Origin: Octopus vulgaris
Lineage: Eukaryota
DNA: 64,000 nt
Assembly (NCBI GenBank): GCA_951406725.2
Contig: OX597822.1
Location: 101,742,001 to 101,806,000, forward strand
Direction of reading: 5' to 3'
Position numbers and translations under genes: made by a program. Positions 18,546-37,806 of this stretch are shown one piece after another. Position 1 is the stretch's first letter, and each line of letters opens with the position of its first letter. The notes below the pieces were generated by a model. That model ran no database searches. It was not told the origin of the DNA and saw only the letters and a list, made by a program, of their open reading frames with translations.

Positions 18546-18617
<72 letters not shown>

Positions 18618-18656
18618 TTTAAAAAAACAAAATAAATAATAATAATAATAATAATG

Positions 18657-18687
<31 letters not shown>

Positions 18688-18689
<2 letters not shown>

Positions 18690-20298
18690 GCAGCAACAAT
18701 AAAGTCTGTGTTATTGATTGACACGAACGTATCTTGTGACCATAATATCTCTGCAAAAGAATGTGATAAACTCATAAAATATAATGATTTACTAAACGAA
18801 ATCGAAAACGTATGGCATCTCAAGACGGTTATAATAGCAGTGATTGTAGGAGCATTTGCAATGATCAAAACAGGAACTGAAGTTTATTTAAGAATGATCC
18901 CTGCTTTACCATCCATGTTAGAAGTGAATTTTCTTTCCTTTTTCCCCCCTATTATATTTGTTTACTTTTTTTTTTTCATTTTTTCATTTTTCTCTCTGTC
19001 TTCCCCATTTTTTTCTATCACATGGCTTTGCAAATGAACAATCTGGTGTGTTTATTTTAATGGCCTACCAAAGTATACAATATGTTTCTCTATTCTAGGT
19101 CTCAGGATGCACACATCCCAGCAACCCGGGGGTGTAGCAGATTATGCCATAGAAATTTGCCTGAAACTTCCAAATGTTGAACTTTGATAATATTAATAAT
19201 AAGTGAGTTTATGCATAATACCCAGGTTGGACAGAATGAGAGAAGTGCAGCAAAAGTAGTTGCAAAGAAGGTGAAATCAATAGCAAAGCAAAATGTTCCT
19301 GAACAATTGGTTGATAGGTGGGGACAAAAACCTCGGCATGACAAATATGTGGTCCGTAGCAAACAAGCTGATGTAGACCAGAAGCACATCCATCAGTAGC
19401 TATAGAATTCAAGGCTAGAGGCAGAGGGAGAAGGTTTTATCTTGGCTTCTTGGCTGCTCAAGATCAGAGCTTGTTGACACAGAACTATCAAACCAAGTTG
19501 ATGAAAAATGGTGTAGAACCAAAGTGCCGATACTTCAATGATGGGATAGAAACAGTAGACCACTTAATGTCTGGATGTAAGGTGTTAGCACCTGCTGAGT
19601 ACAAATAAAGACATGATTGAGTTGGCCAATCTTTACATCGGGTGATGTATTGGCGTTATAAAATCAAAACTTCAGACTAATGGTACAAGCACCACCCTGA
19701 GGCTGTAACAGAGGGAGAAAATGTAACTGTTCTTTGGGATTTCCCAGTATGTACAGATCAGACCATCAAAGCAAATAAACCAGATATTGTTGTGAAAGAC
19801 AAAAGTAATAGTCTTTTTATTGATTGTCATGAGCATACCCTGTAACTATAATATCTCGGCAAAAGAATGTGATAGGGACAGAAAATATAAAGATCTGCTA
19901 AGAGAAATCGAAAACATGTGGCATGCCAAGACAGTTACCATACTACTGACTGTAGGAAGGCTTGGAGTGATCAAAAAAGGAAATGAAAATTAGGAATGAT
20001 CCCTGGCTTACCATACATATAGGAAGGACAAAACACTGTCTTAACTGGTACGTCGCACATATTGAGAAGAGTATTGTCGCTGCAAATTTTCTTTCCTTTT
20101 TCTCCCAACTTTATTTTATTTGTTTACTTATCTATTTTTTAACTTTTTTCTTTTTCTCTCTGTCTACCCCGTTTTCTCTATCATATGACTCTATAAATGA
20201 ACAATCTGGTGACCTACCAATGTATACAGTACGCCACTCTGCCCTAGTTGTCAGGAAGACACTCGTCAAGAAATGGAAAAAGAACTGAAAAAATATGC

Positions 20299-20374
<76 letters not shown>

Positions 20375-21304
20375 CAGATCAAGCAGACTGCAAAAAAGAA
20401 CGAGCAGAAACAAATTGAGGAGCGTTGGAGCCAGAAGCCTCTGCATGGGCAGTATAAGCTTCGAAGTCGAAATGCTGAATGATCTACAGATCAATCAACA
20501 ACCCATCAGTGGTTAAGAAGCTCAGGTCTGAAAGCAGAGACTGAAGATTTCATATTGGTGGAACAAGATCAAAGCTTGCTTACCAAAAACTACCAGTCTA
20601 ATGCTCTCCAAAACGGTTCTGTCCCTGAATGTAGATTCTGCGACACTTGTGACGAAATTATAGACCATCTCATCTTGGGATGTCCTGCGTTGAAACCAAA
20701 CGAGTACAAGAATCGCCACGGTAGTGTAGGACAATGTTTACACTGGAAAATATGTAAACACTACAAAATCGGCACTCCTGCTTACTGGTATGAACATCAT
20801 CCTGAGCCAGTCGTTGAAGGTAAAAATGTCACTATCCTCGGTGATTTTCCAGTTAATATTGACAGAACGATCCAGGTTAATCGACCAGACATTGTCATTA
20901 AGGACAGGGAAGAAAATGCTTGTTGACTAATAAATGCAAGCGTTCCCACAGATAAAAATATAACTGTAAAGGAATTTAAGAAATTAATTAAATATAAGGA
21001 CTTGGAAATTGAAATACAAAATATGTAGTATATTAAAGCGAGAACTGTTCCTATTATTGTAGGTGCCCTAGGAATGCTAAAAAATGGATGTAAGAAACAT
21101 CTAGAGAATATCCCAGGAAAACCACGTCTCAGAGAAATCCAAAAGATTGTGCTGACAAGTACTGGCCACATCCTTAGAAAAACCCAATCAAGATATTTCG
21201 CTATTGGGATACTTCCCCTCCCCAAGCTTTCAGTCATCTTTCACTGGCCCTAGGACGCTGGGTGTCTCGTTAAATGATCGTAACAAACAAGCGGATTAAA
21301 AGTA

Positions 21305-21398
<94 letters not shown>

Positions 21399-21698
21399 TA
21401 CAAAGACCTGGATATAGAGGTAACCAGAATGTGGAATCTAAAAACAGAAACAATTCCTATCATAGTACGTGCATTAGGCATGATAAAAAATATTCAGACA
21501 AATACATAACAAAAACACCAGGACTTACAAACACATATAACATACAGAAAACTGCACTACTAGGCACTGCACACATCCTACGCAGAAAACTTTCCATACA
21601 ATAACCATCAGAGCATCACAACAAATCACAGCACATACCCAAGGCACACAGAGCTGCGCTCGGTAGTGAAGTGAAAGCACGCTATAAAAATAAAACTA

Positions 21699-21702
<4 letters not shown>
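18688..21702 (+). repeat. Cassette unit 3: C(18688-19186), D(19201-20299), F(20373-21305), A(21395-21702); empty D/F slot
   Basis: D and F are separated by pure (AAT)n only. Confidence 0.92.
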
Positions 21703-21761
<59 letters not shown>

Positions 21762-21778
21762 TTTAAAAAAACAAAATA

Positions 21779-25617
<3,839 letters not shown>

Positions 25618-25637
25618 TTAATAATAATAATAATAAT

Positions 25638-26264
25638 TACAAATGCAACACCAGGCATGGCTTTCATGCCACCTGATCTTAACTAAACCCCACTGCAATA
25701 CCAGGCACTGACACTCATGGCTTCTGATCTGAACTGAGTGTTATCATGTACTAATTTTGTCTTGCCATAAAAGATGGACTGCAGCAAATATCCTGCTCAG
25801 TACTACAGTGGTGGAGGACAAGCGCAACACCAACAGATTTGCTTGTCAGCTGCTGGACCTTAATCAGTTGAGCATGTCCCTTAATGGCTGACGATATGTG
25901 CATCTCTGATCACGAGCAGAAGAAAAGAATCATAGCCATGTGTTGAGAGGATTTCTTTGGGGTTTAAATAATTTGCTTCTAGAAACGTGGGCGTTTCCTT
26001 CAAAATCCTTAAACGACCGTTATTCAGGGACTTTTTGCGTGGGATGGGCTTAATCGACCTGAAGAAAATTCTAACTGGGCCCCATCTGCCATGACGTGCG
26101 TTGTATATCTTGATATGAGATCACCATGTGACGCACATATGGTTGTGATACATGTGCTGGGTGTACCCAGGAACATGTATCACAACCAGTCATGATGGGT
26201 ATATTGGGCTTCGTATATTTGTACCCCAGTGTCAGTTTAATGGCATTTGCTGCTCCCTCACTCA
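25638..26264 (+). mobile_element. Older, diverged, longest copy of element E
   Basis: Colinear with 18021-18545; decayed tail AATAGTAACAATGATGA. Confidence 0.75.
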
Positions 26265-26279
26265 ATAGTAACAATGATG

Positions 26280-26291
26280 ATTGATAGATAA

Positions 26292-26355
<64 letters not shown>

Positions 26356-26372
26356 ACAGACAGACAGATACA
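26280..26372. repeat. (GATA)n grading into (GACA)n
   Basis: Directly visible. Confidence 0.9.
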
Positions 26373-28324
26373 GACTTTACTCAACATACACATAATTTAA
26401 CCTATAATATATTCACTCTACATTCACCAGAAGTATCTGTATACTAAATGAAATTTCCTTCCGAAGTTTAGTGATCAATAAGCAGATCAATTAGCTATTA
26501 ATGGTTGTTTGTAGGTGACAGATCTCTAAACACATGTATCTTAATACTTAGATTGCATTAAAGAAGATATCTCAAATTTCATATTAACGCAATGTAAATG
26601 TTAATTGAATCTGGATATTAATTTGACAGATAGTCATTAACTGAGATAAATAGAACAATAATAATATATAATATATTCATGAGTTACCATTAGAAAATTC
26701 CTACCACGTAATGTAATTTATGATTAACGGAACGTTTGTTTGAATTGATACGAAATAGCGATATAAAGTTCGTAAAGCAATATCGATAATTAGATGGATT
26801 AGCTAAATTATTAAGAGTAATTAGCATCTGATGCTTTTGCTAGATTGGCAGAAACGCTAATCTTTCATACGAACTTATACGCAGAATTTATATACGGAAT
26901 ATTACGTTCTGATTTCGAATCTTAAAGTCGAATTCTTTTATTCTTTCCGGGTTTATTGAAACAACGTATAAGGAATTACAATCGTGTTTCGTGGTCTGCT
27001 ACCACAACAGCTCCTTTATAGGATCGAGTTAACTTAAGACATCATCAGGAGGAACCATATCTGGTTTCGGCCCCTACTCCTCTACCGTTTTGACGTGGCG
27101 CCCCCCCCCCCCATTTCGGAGGTGTCTTCAGCTCTGGTGTTGAGTGCATGTCTTCTTTGCACCCAAAATCAATTTTCCAAAACCTTCGATTCAAAAACCT
27201 TTCCGAATTATTAATTATTCCGAACCAGAGGTGGCCACCTTTGTCAGCACTCAGAAAATTATATAAATATTAAATTTACTTAAACAATTTACACGTACTT
27301 GTACATTAGTATAAATGAAACAAAATTGATACTGTAGTGTGCTAGGTCCTAGTCTCTAGAAAGTAATAGTAAACTAGTCTCGCTGACACGGCAGTCTGAA
27401 GCCCCTGCTCGAAAATTTATTCAGATTATAAGAGATTCCAGGCGATCAATGTCCGGAAAGTTGATGCTGTACATGTAAAAATCAAATACAACTAAAGTAA
27501 TTATTTCTTGTTTTGTTATTTTCTTACAGCACCGTACAGCCATTTTATCAAGTCTGCCATCTGCTATGATTTCTTTTAAAGGTCACTCGCCAAAAACCAA
27601 ACCTTTTTCTAATAAATCTTGAAGAAAAGGAACACTGTGATAAATCGCTCACAACCCTCTCACAATGTAGTGTACCCGATTCCAAGAGAGCGAGGCAAAT
27701 AAAGAAAGAAAAGTTGAACTTAGTACTTGAATGGTACCCTATTTAGTGGCCACGGAATAATAGAAAGCAAAGCTGACCTCAACGGGAAATCTGAACCGAA
27801 AGAAACTGCAATTATCACAAGGCATTCAATGTGACGCTCTCATGATTCTACCAACCATCCGCCTACCACTCTACTACAGGGGTCGATTAAATTAATTGTA
27901 CCCTCTCCAAAATATGTGTGACATTTCTGATCGAACCGGGTGGCGCGTTGTTATCTTTAGCACACCACTTCATTTCATGCGATTACTTCGACATCTGATT
28001 TTTGGCACACTCTGCACCTCTACAGGATGGTGTTGATTTAATGGAAGGATTGAGCAAAACTATAGCACAAACATGTGATCGCTACAAGCAAATCAACTGT
28101 GCAGGTTGATCAGCAAAAAGTTCCTGAACCGTCGTCTGCCATTTCTTTCTCGACAGCACAGTCCAGACATATATTGATTTCGCTTAGACATAGTGACATC
28201 AATAACCAGTCGTTAAAACTCAATAAATTTATGCTTTGCTGTAAATCAAAGGATTGACACCGAGCGTTTAAACCAAGCGTTTATCAAACGGTGGTGGGGG
28301 ACAACCGCAACACCAACAGAAAGC

Positions 28325-28725
<401 letters not shown>

Positions 28726-29245
28726 TATAAATTGAGGATATAATCATTAAAATGATTATATCAGTGTCTAGCGTATAAAAAAAAACGACCATATCGATAA
28801 AATTAATTTTAAAGTATATAATTATAAATATATATTTAAAATTATGGGCGCTGGAATGCCAGCGCCTATACGCTAGAAGTAGACGTCAAATACCTACAAT
28901 CCACTCTAAATTTGTTCTCTATTTATAACCGGAAGTCGAATGCTAGGTAATGACCAAGAACATTTACAAAATTTTGGATAATCCTATATCGTAAGATTTC
29001 TTGGTCTGTAATAAAGATTACTTTACAATCCTCAGTAGAGATATATTGACAATATATAAGCGAAAAATACATATACATACCGATAAATTTTTGCGTACAG
29101 ATATCAATATATACATGCGTGCACATGATTTTTGACATTAACCATATAGCCGTATGATTTCTGGCATCAACCACAAGGCCGAGTTGGGAGATTAGATGTG
29201 TGTTGAGTTCTCTTTTTAGCGAGGTAGGTGTTCATGTAGTACCCT

Positions 29246-29342
<97 letters not shown>

Positions 29343-29437
29343 CCGCGTGTGTATCGTTGGCGATTTTCTTTCTCTGTTTTTTCTTCATTGGACCTTTCCT
29401 TGAATCCTCGTCGTCGTAAGCGACGGAATGCCACGAT

Positions 29438-29470
<33 letters not shown>

Positions 29471-29519
29471 AAAATTAATAAATAAATAAAACATATGCAT
29501 ATATACATACATATATGTA

Positions 29520-29920
29520 CGTACCTACCTCTACATGTATATATGGGTACAGGACACCCAAAAAACGTCGAACAAAATGTGAAACGAAAACATAAACACA
29601 AAACCAAGGGAATGGACATTTTTTTTTAAACAACGAAAAAATAGACTACAGGACATACATAACAAGGAAAGTTCCCCTTCTTCAGTCGCCTTAATTTCAT
29701 CTACTCCACGTTTCGAAGGTCAAGGTGATACATAACTTCAATGAAAATTTCCTTCCCGCGAAAATCAAATTAAATAAAATTTGAGATTTTTTTGCGGAGG
29801 GGTAAAAATGGTAACAAAAACAGGACAGTAACGACAGTACAATATATAACCAGTAAAAGACAGGACACAGAGAATAACAGTAACCCAAAGAAGAAGGGTT
29901 GTTAAGCCAAACGAGATAAA
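29520..29920 (-). mobile_element. Possible Penelope-like terminal fragment next to (TA)n
   Basis: Minus strand is T-rich with a degenerate TTGAAG...CCTTCGAAACGTG hammerhead-like remnant; weak. Confidence 0.3.
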
Positions 29921-30291
29921 AAATGTTTACGAACGCTATTGTTTGAGCTATAAGAATGCTGCACGGGAACTAAGCTTTGAGCAATGTTTCTCAAAATAAA
30001 AAACAGCTGAGAACGAAAGAAAGTTGTTACGTAACTCCTGTTCTTTTGTCATTCATTATTTGATATTATGCTTTGTATTCAACTGATACCTTTTTACTAA
30101 AGGATATGTATGCAGTGCTGTTACAACTGGTTATTAATATCGAAATTCCTATACGAAACCACAGACGCGCACACACACACACACACATACACACACACAC
30201 ACACCCAAACACACACACACACAAGCACATACATATATATGTGTGTGTTTGTGTGTGTGTGAGTGTATGTATGTGCGCGTGTGTGTGAGTG

Positions 30292-30322
<31 letters not shown>

Positions 30323-30367
30323 TTTATACTTTTGGGGGAAAAATATATATATTTTATACTTTTGGGG

Positions 30368-30414
<47 letters not shown>

Positions 30415-30518
30415 AGTTATGTATTGGTTTATGTCTATCACTGTTTGAGCTGCATAATAGTGGCTTTATCTCTAATTCATATTTTATATATATACATATA
30501 CTTATACATATATATATA

Positions 30519-30596
<78 letters not shown>

Positions 30597-31492
30597 TACA
30601 TATATCAGTTTAAAAGGAAGAGCACTAATTTTAGGTTATTGATAGCAAACGTAGTTTGTGATGTATTTCACATAAACTACTACGAGTGGTGTGTTTCTTA
30701 GACATTATAGCAAGAGATTAGGTTCCCAACAATCCTCAGTTGAAACCAATTTCCTTTCATTTGCATCGATAATTTCCTTGGAAAAGACATAAAGGTAACT
30801 TCCAGATAACTTCTGTTTCACTCTTCTTTAAACTATAGGGACTTTCTGCAGAGTTTGCAAGATAATTATTGATTTACGGCATTAGCTAAAAGGCCACATA
30901 TTCCGAGGTACCTATTTTATCGACTCTAGAAGGATGAAAGTTAAAATTCACTCTGGAAGCATTTGAATTCAAGACCTTAATATATATCCTGCAATTTTTT
31001 CCGCAGGCACTCGACCTGTTCTGTCACCCATCTCTTAAAATGTTCATTGTTTCAAACAGTCTACGAACCTGGAAAGTTTTCAAGTTGTTTTCTTGTTAAA
31101 TAAATGAATTTTATATATTTACGATAAAGGAACGAAGACAGGTATGTGGTTGCTGAACTACTAGATATAGCAGTCATAGCTTTATCTCGCATACTCAGAG
31201 ACACGTCCACGCATATATAATACATTTTTTTATCGCCTTGAAATACAATTATGGGGCTGAAAAATACGGCAGACATGATGGTCGAAGATGATACGGGATC
31301 GACATGTTTAAGTTAATGAGATCTCGTATATTGCAATAAATCGTATATAACCTTATGTATTTCTGTTAAGTGTGTGCCGAAAGAAATATTTACACCGATA
31401 AAAATGTACATACAGAATTATTCAATTAAGAATCAAAATTTATTGAGTTAGTTTCTCTCCTAGAACATGTGTATGTGTATATGCATATATAC

Positions 31493-31591
<99 letters not shown>

Positions 31592-31604
31592 CATATATAT
31601 ATAC

Positions 31605-31652
<48 letters not shown>

Positions 31653-31658
31653 TATACA

Positions 31659-31706
<48 letters not shown>

Positions 31707-31743
31707 TATACATATATGTATATATACACACACACACACACAC

Positions 31744-31781
<38 letters not shown>

Positions 31782-32301
31782 GCATAGAGAGAGAGATGTA
31801 TGTATATATTTGATGACGTAATACTTCATTGCAGAATAAATTCACTTTCTTTCCTTCCAATGTCGCGGATAAACTCCAATCTAGTCCCACGTCGTCCATA
31901 TAAATCGTAGCATTCTGTCTTTGTCAAAAATCTATAAATGTAATTATTTACATTCAATTTTATTTCTTTACTTTTTTTTTGTATTGGCATTCCAAAGATT
32001 GGCTCATATTTCGGAATATTAGAACCACTAAATTCTGATTTTTTTCAAAAATCAATTCAATGTGTATATACCCTAGTTGATATGAATAAATTATGCTTGT
32101 CATCACCATTGTGAATATGTGCACAGACTTAATCGTTTAACGCACTGATTTCTCACAGCATGACGACACATTGTATTATGTCAGTACGAAAAACGTTGTT
32201 TAACATTTTCCACAAATCTTTTTGTAAAACTTTCTTTTGCAACAATAGTACGACGAGACAGAATTCAAAGTAATCATTCATGGTATCTTACTTTCTGGTG
32301 A

Positions 32302-32535
32302 AAGGCGGCGAGCTGGCAGAAACGTTAACACGTCGGGCGAAATGTGTAGCCGTATTTCTTCTGCCGCTACGCTCTGAGTTCAAATTCCGCCGATGTCTAC
32401 TTTGCCTTTCATCCTTTAGGGGTCGATAAATTAAGTACCAGTTACGCACTGGGGTCGATATAATCGACTTACTCCGTTTGTCTGTCCTTGCTTGTCCTCT
32501 CTGTGTTTAGCCCCTTGTGGGTAGTAAAGAAATAA
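32302..32535 (+). mobile_element. tRNA-derived SINE (family S3, MetaSINE/MESC-like core), monomer
   Basis: Head AAGGCGGCGAGCTGGCAGAA, B-box GAGTTCAAATTCC, core GCCTTTCATCC..GGGGTCGATAAA..AGTACCAG; TSD GTATCTTA(C/T)TTTCTGGTGA at 32283-32301 and 32536-32554. Confidence 0.9.
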
Positions 32536-32799
32536 GTATCTTATTTTCTGGTGATGTTAGCTGTAGATTAATAAGCAAGCTTCGCCAGTAGGTACCTAAG
32601 TTAACAGTAACATAATATGATAGAATTTGAAACGATACAAACATGGTTGCAATGTCTTATACACAAACGGACGTTAGACTCTGTGATACTCATTCTCTTC
32701 ATTTGTCTATGATAGTTTAATCAATATGGATTGGCATTAACACGCGTAAAGCAAATGGTTATCTTAGAATCCGTGACTCACGGACATGTTATTGCTCCT

Positions 32800-33030
32800 C
32801 GCTCTATTTTTCTACCGTTACTGCCATGACCTCTGCTATTCGGAGCTCATTTCTTTCATACCACCACCAATTAGACATGGTCTACCCATTCTTCTCCCAT
32901 TTCCACGTCACCGATATTGTATCCAGTCCAAGGCTTTTTACTAATTACTACGTCCTTTAATTGCACTCCAGAACGACGAGCGTCTGGAATTCTTCTCTTT
33001 ACTCACTTTTCTGTTGCAGGCATCAGCTTG
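32800..33030 (-). mobile_element. Possible highly decayed RTE-clade LINE C-terminal fragment
   Basis: Minus-strand KALDW...GNGRRMGRP resembles the RTE C-terminal RGRP motif; broken by stops. Confidence 0.3.
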
Positions 33031-33556
33031 CTAATATCCAACGGAAATATTTACAACGTAAATCGAAGGTAAAGTGCTCAGCCCCTTTATAGGGACAACA
33101 CCAATATGAAAGAAGATGACTGAGAATGAAAACCAGATTCACTATGATTCCTCATTATTTCGACATTTCAAACACTGTGGTTACTTTCGGTTTTCTTCCT
33201 CTAAAACGTTTCCCGAAGAAAAACTATCAAGTATCCTTGTACTGTAGTAGGAATAAATTAAATACCTCTAAAAGCAAATCATCTACAAAGTATCTATTCA
33301 TATTTTTACGTATTTCACTCCAGTTTAATCGCGGTTTAATTATGAGAAAAGTATGAATGACATGAATTACTAATTACTCCAATCATGATTTGATTGGGGG
33401 TTTTTTAGATGAAGAATTCTGTTATAAAATTATATTTTCGGTGAGTCTGAGAGATGTAATCGCGTGACTGTATAATATTATTTTATAGTATCTCATAAAA
33501 TGTCGCGTTACTATTGACAAATAATTGCATAGTTAAATTGCTTCTGAATAGTTATC

Positions 33557-33905
33557 AGGGAAAAGGGTAACGACCCCTTTCGGTCATGAATGACTATGTA
33601 CTGTACCTAGAAAGTTACCCCTTCTAGGCACAAGTTCGGGCAACATTGTTTATGGAAGACCAGCAGTCAGCCATGCATACCAGCCTCCCCTCCCCACGCC
33701 ACCAGTGTTATCCAAGGGAAAGACAAAGGCTGATACAGCTTGGCACCAGTGACATCACAGCTCATTTCTACAGCTGAGTGAACTGGAGCAACGCGAAATA
33801 AAGTGGCTTGCTCTAGAACAGAACACACAGCCCTGTCCGGGGACCGAACTCACTACCTTATGATTGGGATCCCGACGCTCTAACCACTGAGTCATGTGCT
33901 TTCAC
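33557..33905 (-). mobile_element. tRNA-derived CORE-like SINE
   Basis: Minus-strand head TGACTCAGTGGTTAGAGCGTC..GAGTTCGGTCCC; TSD ATAGTTATC at 33548-33556 and 33906-33914. Confidence 0.8.
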
Positions 33906-34776
33906 ATAGTTATCGCTTACATAATAATATTCACTGTAAAATAACATTGTATAAGTATACCTCTCTGTTAAGTAATTCATGGCTGATCGTTTTTCTCCAA
34001 AGAAAGCGTTCTAGCGTGAAATTTCATATATGTTGCATATAACAGCTTATAACTAATGTCAAGTATAATTTGTAACAGCTCAAATGAGGCGGCAATAGTA
34101 AAAGCAGAAAAGGAAAGATAATACGAACCAAAGCGAATAGAAAAAAATCGACAAGGACGACAAATATTACAATCGAAATGTATGAATTCAACTCTTAACG
34201 AATAGTCAAGGTACAAAGAAGAAACTGCAATTCCTGTCATAGCAACACTATTTACAATAGTAACGCCGAAAAAACTGAAATTAAAGAAAAGAGCATTAGT
34301 AAGAAAAGTATATAAATCAAAATAAGGATAAAAGCTGTAAAATAAAATGTAGTTTAAATCTCAAGTAATAAACGTTAATTTTGCAGTTAAAATTCGCTAA
34401 AATGTGTCAGACCTGCAGAAGATTCAAGTATATATGCAATCCGAAGTGATATGTGCAAAACATTTCAGTCATCATATATCTATATGTAGCAGTAACGGGT
34501 GGGGATTAACGATTGGATAAAGTGAGATTTAAGCTAAGACTACACGTGTTTCCCTTTCTCTATAAAAATATCATTTTATTCTATATTTTCATAGTTCATC
34601 TGGTTATCAGAAAGAGGTTCCAGGTCATCTCAGAAAATTTCATTGTAAGGAACTGAAGACATTTTCTATTATCTGCTCTACATCCTGAAATCAGGAAGGT
34701 ATCATACCTATTGACTGGTGTAGCAGCAATTTAGTCAATTGCTACAAAGGCAAAGGAGATGCTTTGGTGAGAAGTA

Positions 34777-37136
34777 CCGGATAAGATGAGGTCAAAATTT
34801 GTAAAAGAAATTCATGAATGCATCTCATATCTGTAGTATAAGACTACTTCTAAATTAGTATAGGCTAGCTTTTACGACAGGTATCTTTAGAAATATTGGT
34901 CATGTAAAGATGATCTTATTACAAATGATTTCTTTTTACTTACTATATCCTTAGAATTTAAAATAAACGAAATAACAAATCCGTTTCTATATCATGTTTT
35001 TTCATACCCACGTTTCCTAAAGCATAACCTGATACTTCTTCATCGAAACTTTATCGCAATCGTAACAACCGCGAACAACAATACCATAATGGCGGTTCGT
35101 ATGACTGCAATGTTCTAAACAGTTACAGTCAGCCTGGAATATTAATAACCATTTACCTATGCTTCATATAAAATCACAAACTGTCCAGTCGAGGGAAATT
35201 TATAATTATGTTATACTCATACCAATATGCAACCACCAGTAAAAAGAATATATGAGTCTAGTTTCAAATTGAAAGATATAGAAGTAGCCAAGAGTTCGAA
35301 CAATTGTGCTGCCGCTAGAATATTCTATGTTACCAAGAAGATGGTCGACAGTGGAGAAAGAATGAGGAAAAATTAAGGCAAATGCCCAAACAAAAATGTG
35401 CTATGAGAAGAGGAAGCACTCATTGGCCGAAGTTGGAAAGGGATGTAGCAGAATGAGTACTTCAGCAGAGATAAGATGGCTGCATTGTAATACGAAATAA
35501 AATATGATCTTATGGCCAACAGTAGTGTAAAGTGGGCAACAGTAGGTTGGTACAATCGCTTTATGAACAGCAAAAATTTGGTAATAAGGGAGAAAATAAA
35601 AATCGCCCCAAAACTCCAGAGATATCTGAATTACACAGTAACCAGTTTTCTTCAGTTCATCATCCAGCTGGGATAAGGACATCGGTTTCCATTGTCTCAT
35701 ATTGGAAATATGGATGAAACTCCATTCAACTTTGACGTTCTGGGAAACAAAACGGTAGATTTGAAAGGGGTAAAAACACAGCACGTTAAAGGTACAGGAT
35801 ATGAGAAATCGAGGTTTACGGTGGTATTATCTTGCATGGCTGACGGTACAAAATTAAAACCCATGGTTATTTTTAAATGTAAAACAAAGACCAAAATAGA
35901 TTTTTCCCCTGGCGTTTTTGTTCATTTTCACAAGAAAGGGTGGATGGACGAGAGTAACATGAAATTATGGATTGAGAATATTTGGAACAGGCAGTCAGGT
36001 GGAATACGAAACGAACGCAGTTTATTAGTTTGGGATATGTTTCGTAGGCACGTAACGGCAAATACTAAAAACCGGTTATCCAAAACCAATAGTGATATTG
36101 CTGTTATTCCGGGTGGTTTGATGTCTATACTGCAGCCACTAGATGTCAGTTTAAACAAACTATTTAAAGATATTGTGAGAGAGCACTGGAACGACTGGAT
36201 GATGAATGGACAAAAATCTTTTATAAAAGGTGGAGCTATTCGTAGTCTCACTTGATGTTCTCTGTGATTTTGTTATAAAGGCATGGGGCAAAGTTAAAGT
36301 AGAAAATATAAATAAAATCATTTTTAAAATGCGGTATCTCTAATGCCATGGATGGTACGAAGATGATATTTTGTACAATAGCGATGACGAAGTCGAAGTC
36401 AATCCACCAGTACCATTATGACGATGGAATCATTATGACGATGGCATATGTGATGAATCTTGTGGTATGTATGAGAATTTTTTAGCGACAGATAGTGATG
36501 ATTGTGAGGAATTTGATGGGTTTTAGATTAATACCCGTGGCAAGTTTGATGTTTTATTAATACTATTTATCTTGATAGGAGATAAAAAATATTATGTCTT
36601 ATGTTTTAAATGCAATTACTGTAAAATAATTTTATCCAAAAATAAATGTAGTGTGTAATCCAAATTGTTACTTGCCACTAAATGATAATAGATATTTTGT
36701 GAAAATTATAAATATGTTATTCGAAATATTATTACTACAGTTACACACCACCATTACAATTTTTGAAAGATTAGCGAAAGATAAAGTTTACTGCGAGCGT
36801 AACCATAACTTGATGTTTATATTTTCTCAGCGGAGTTCCCATAGATAAAAGTTGTTTTCAATGATATAGAATTATCTCTCGAATAAACTATTTATTATGA
36901 AAATATGCCAATAATATATAAAGTAAAAATGTTTTTATAACCTATATTTAATTTTTTTATTTTGCTAATCTGTTTACGTATGTTTGTGTTTATCGCACTG
37001 AGGTTGCGGTTAGCTTACTTATAAAACCACTTAAAATTCAAAGTTTGATTTTATAATGGTGGTATAAGACGACCCAAAATTTGTAGGATAAATTTTAGGA
37101 TAAATTAAAGGTCGTTTTATACGCGAAAATATACAG
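34777..37136 (+). mobile_element. pogo-superfamily DNA transposon fossil (POGK-like: Brinker-type DBD, CENP-B HTH, DDE_1)
   Basis: TA TSD at 34775-34776 and 37137-37138; right TIR GTCGTTTTATACGCGAAAATATACAG, left TIR internally deleted; transposase remnants MQPPVKRIYESSFKLK, IGNMDETP, RSLLVWDMF, IPGGLMSILQPLDVSLNK. Confidence 0.88.
35227..36526 (+). pseudogene. Frameshifted pogo transposase
   Basis: Open stretch 35692-36255 carries the DDD-type catalytic motifs; frameshifts/stops on both sides; acidic C-terminal tail. Confidence 0.85.
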
Positions 37137-37316
37137 TAATTACAGAGGCATCAAACTGCTGAACCAGGTTATAAAAGTTACAAAAATTTATAACTCAATT
37201 AATGAGTAAGTGAGGTAGCCTAGATGAGATGTCGTTTGGTTTGGTTTAGTTTGGTGTCACTTAGAAATAGTTCCCAGGCCTTCTCTCTAATAAGATAACT
37301 GCAGAAATATTTAACC

Positions 37317-37806
37317 CAGTGGTTCCCAAACTATGAGTCGCGACCCACAGATGGGTCGCGAACGGAATCTTAGTGGGTCGCAAAAAGTTATAAAATTACG
37401 CATTAGCTTTGATTAACTGCAGTCTATCGAGATAGTTCAAGACTTATGTTTTCAATACCAGACTTGTTGTTTTACCAAGCTGTAGGCTTTTTCATGAACT
37501 TAACAAATCAGAGGTTGTCATTTTCTCAAGTTATTTATTCGTACGTAATCGTAACAAGGAAAGGTCTGTTTTTACCTATTTATAGAGAACTTTAACTAGG
37601 CGACGTATAACACTGATCGAGCCGATAATAGTTACTACTTCAAGGTTTTTTATTAGTGCTAGTATTTACACATAGGGTATAGAAGATGTAATCTGAAATA
37701 AATTTGTTAATTTCATTAATATTTTTACTCAGTAGAGTTAAGTGGGTCGTCATAAACTGGTGTGATAAATAGTGGGTCGCGACTCTAAAAAGTTTGGGAA
37801 CCACTG
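37317..37806. mobile_element. hAT (Charlie-like) MITE
   Basis: TIR CAGTGGTTCCCAAACT / AGTTTGGGAACCACTG; perfect 8-bp TSD ATTTAACC at 37309-37316 and 37807-37814; subterminal GGGTCGCGA motifs. Confidence 0.95.

Larger units (their letters stand above)
34690..37245 (+). mobile_element. RTE-clade LINE RT fragment split by the pogo insertion
   Basis: QEGIIPIDWCSSNLVNCYKGKGDALVRS before 34776 joins in frame to NYRGIKLLNQVIKV after 37137 once the insert and one TA are removed. Confidence 0.8.

Noticed and set aside
27877-28000. Tc1/mariner left TIR (TACAGGGGTCGATTAAATT)
   Set aside because: No matching right TIR or transposase remnant found by eye
35692-36255. Functional domesticated pogo gene
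   Set aside because: Frameshifts and stops on both sides; TIR remnants and TSD still present
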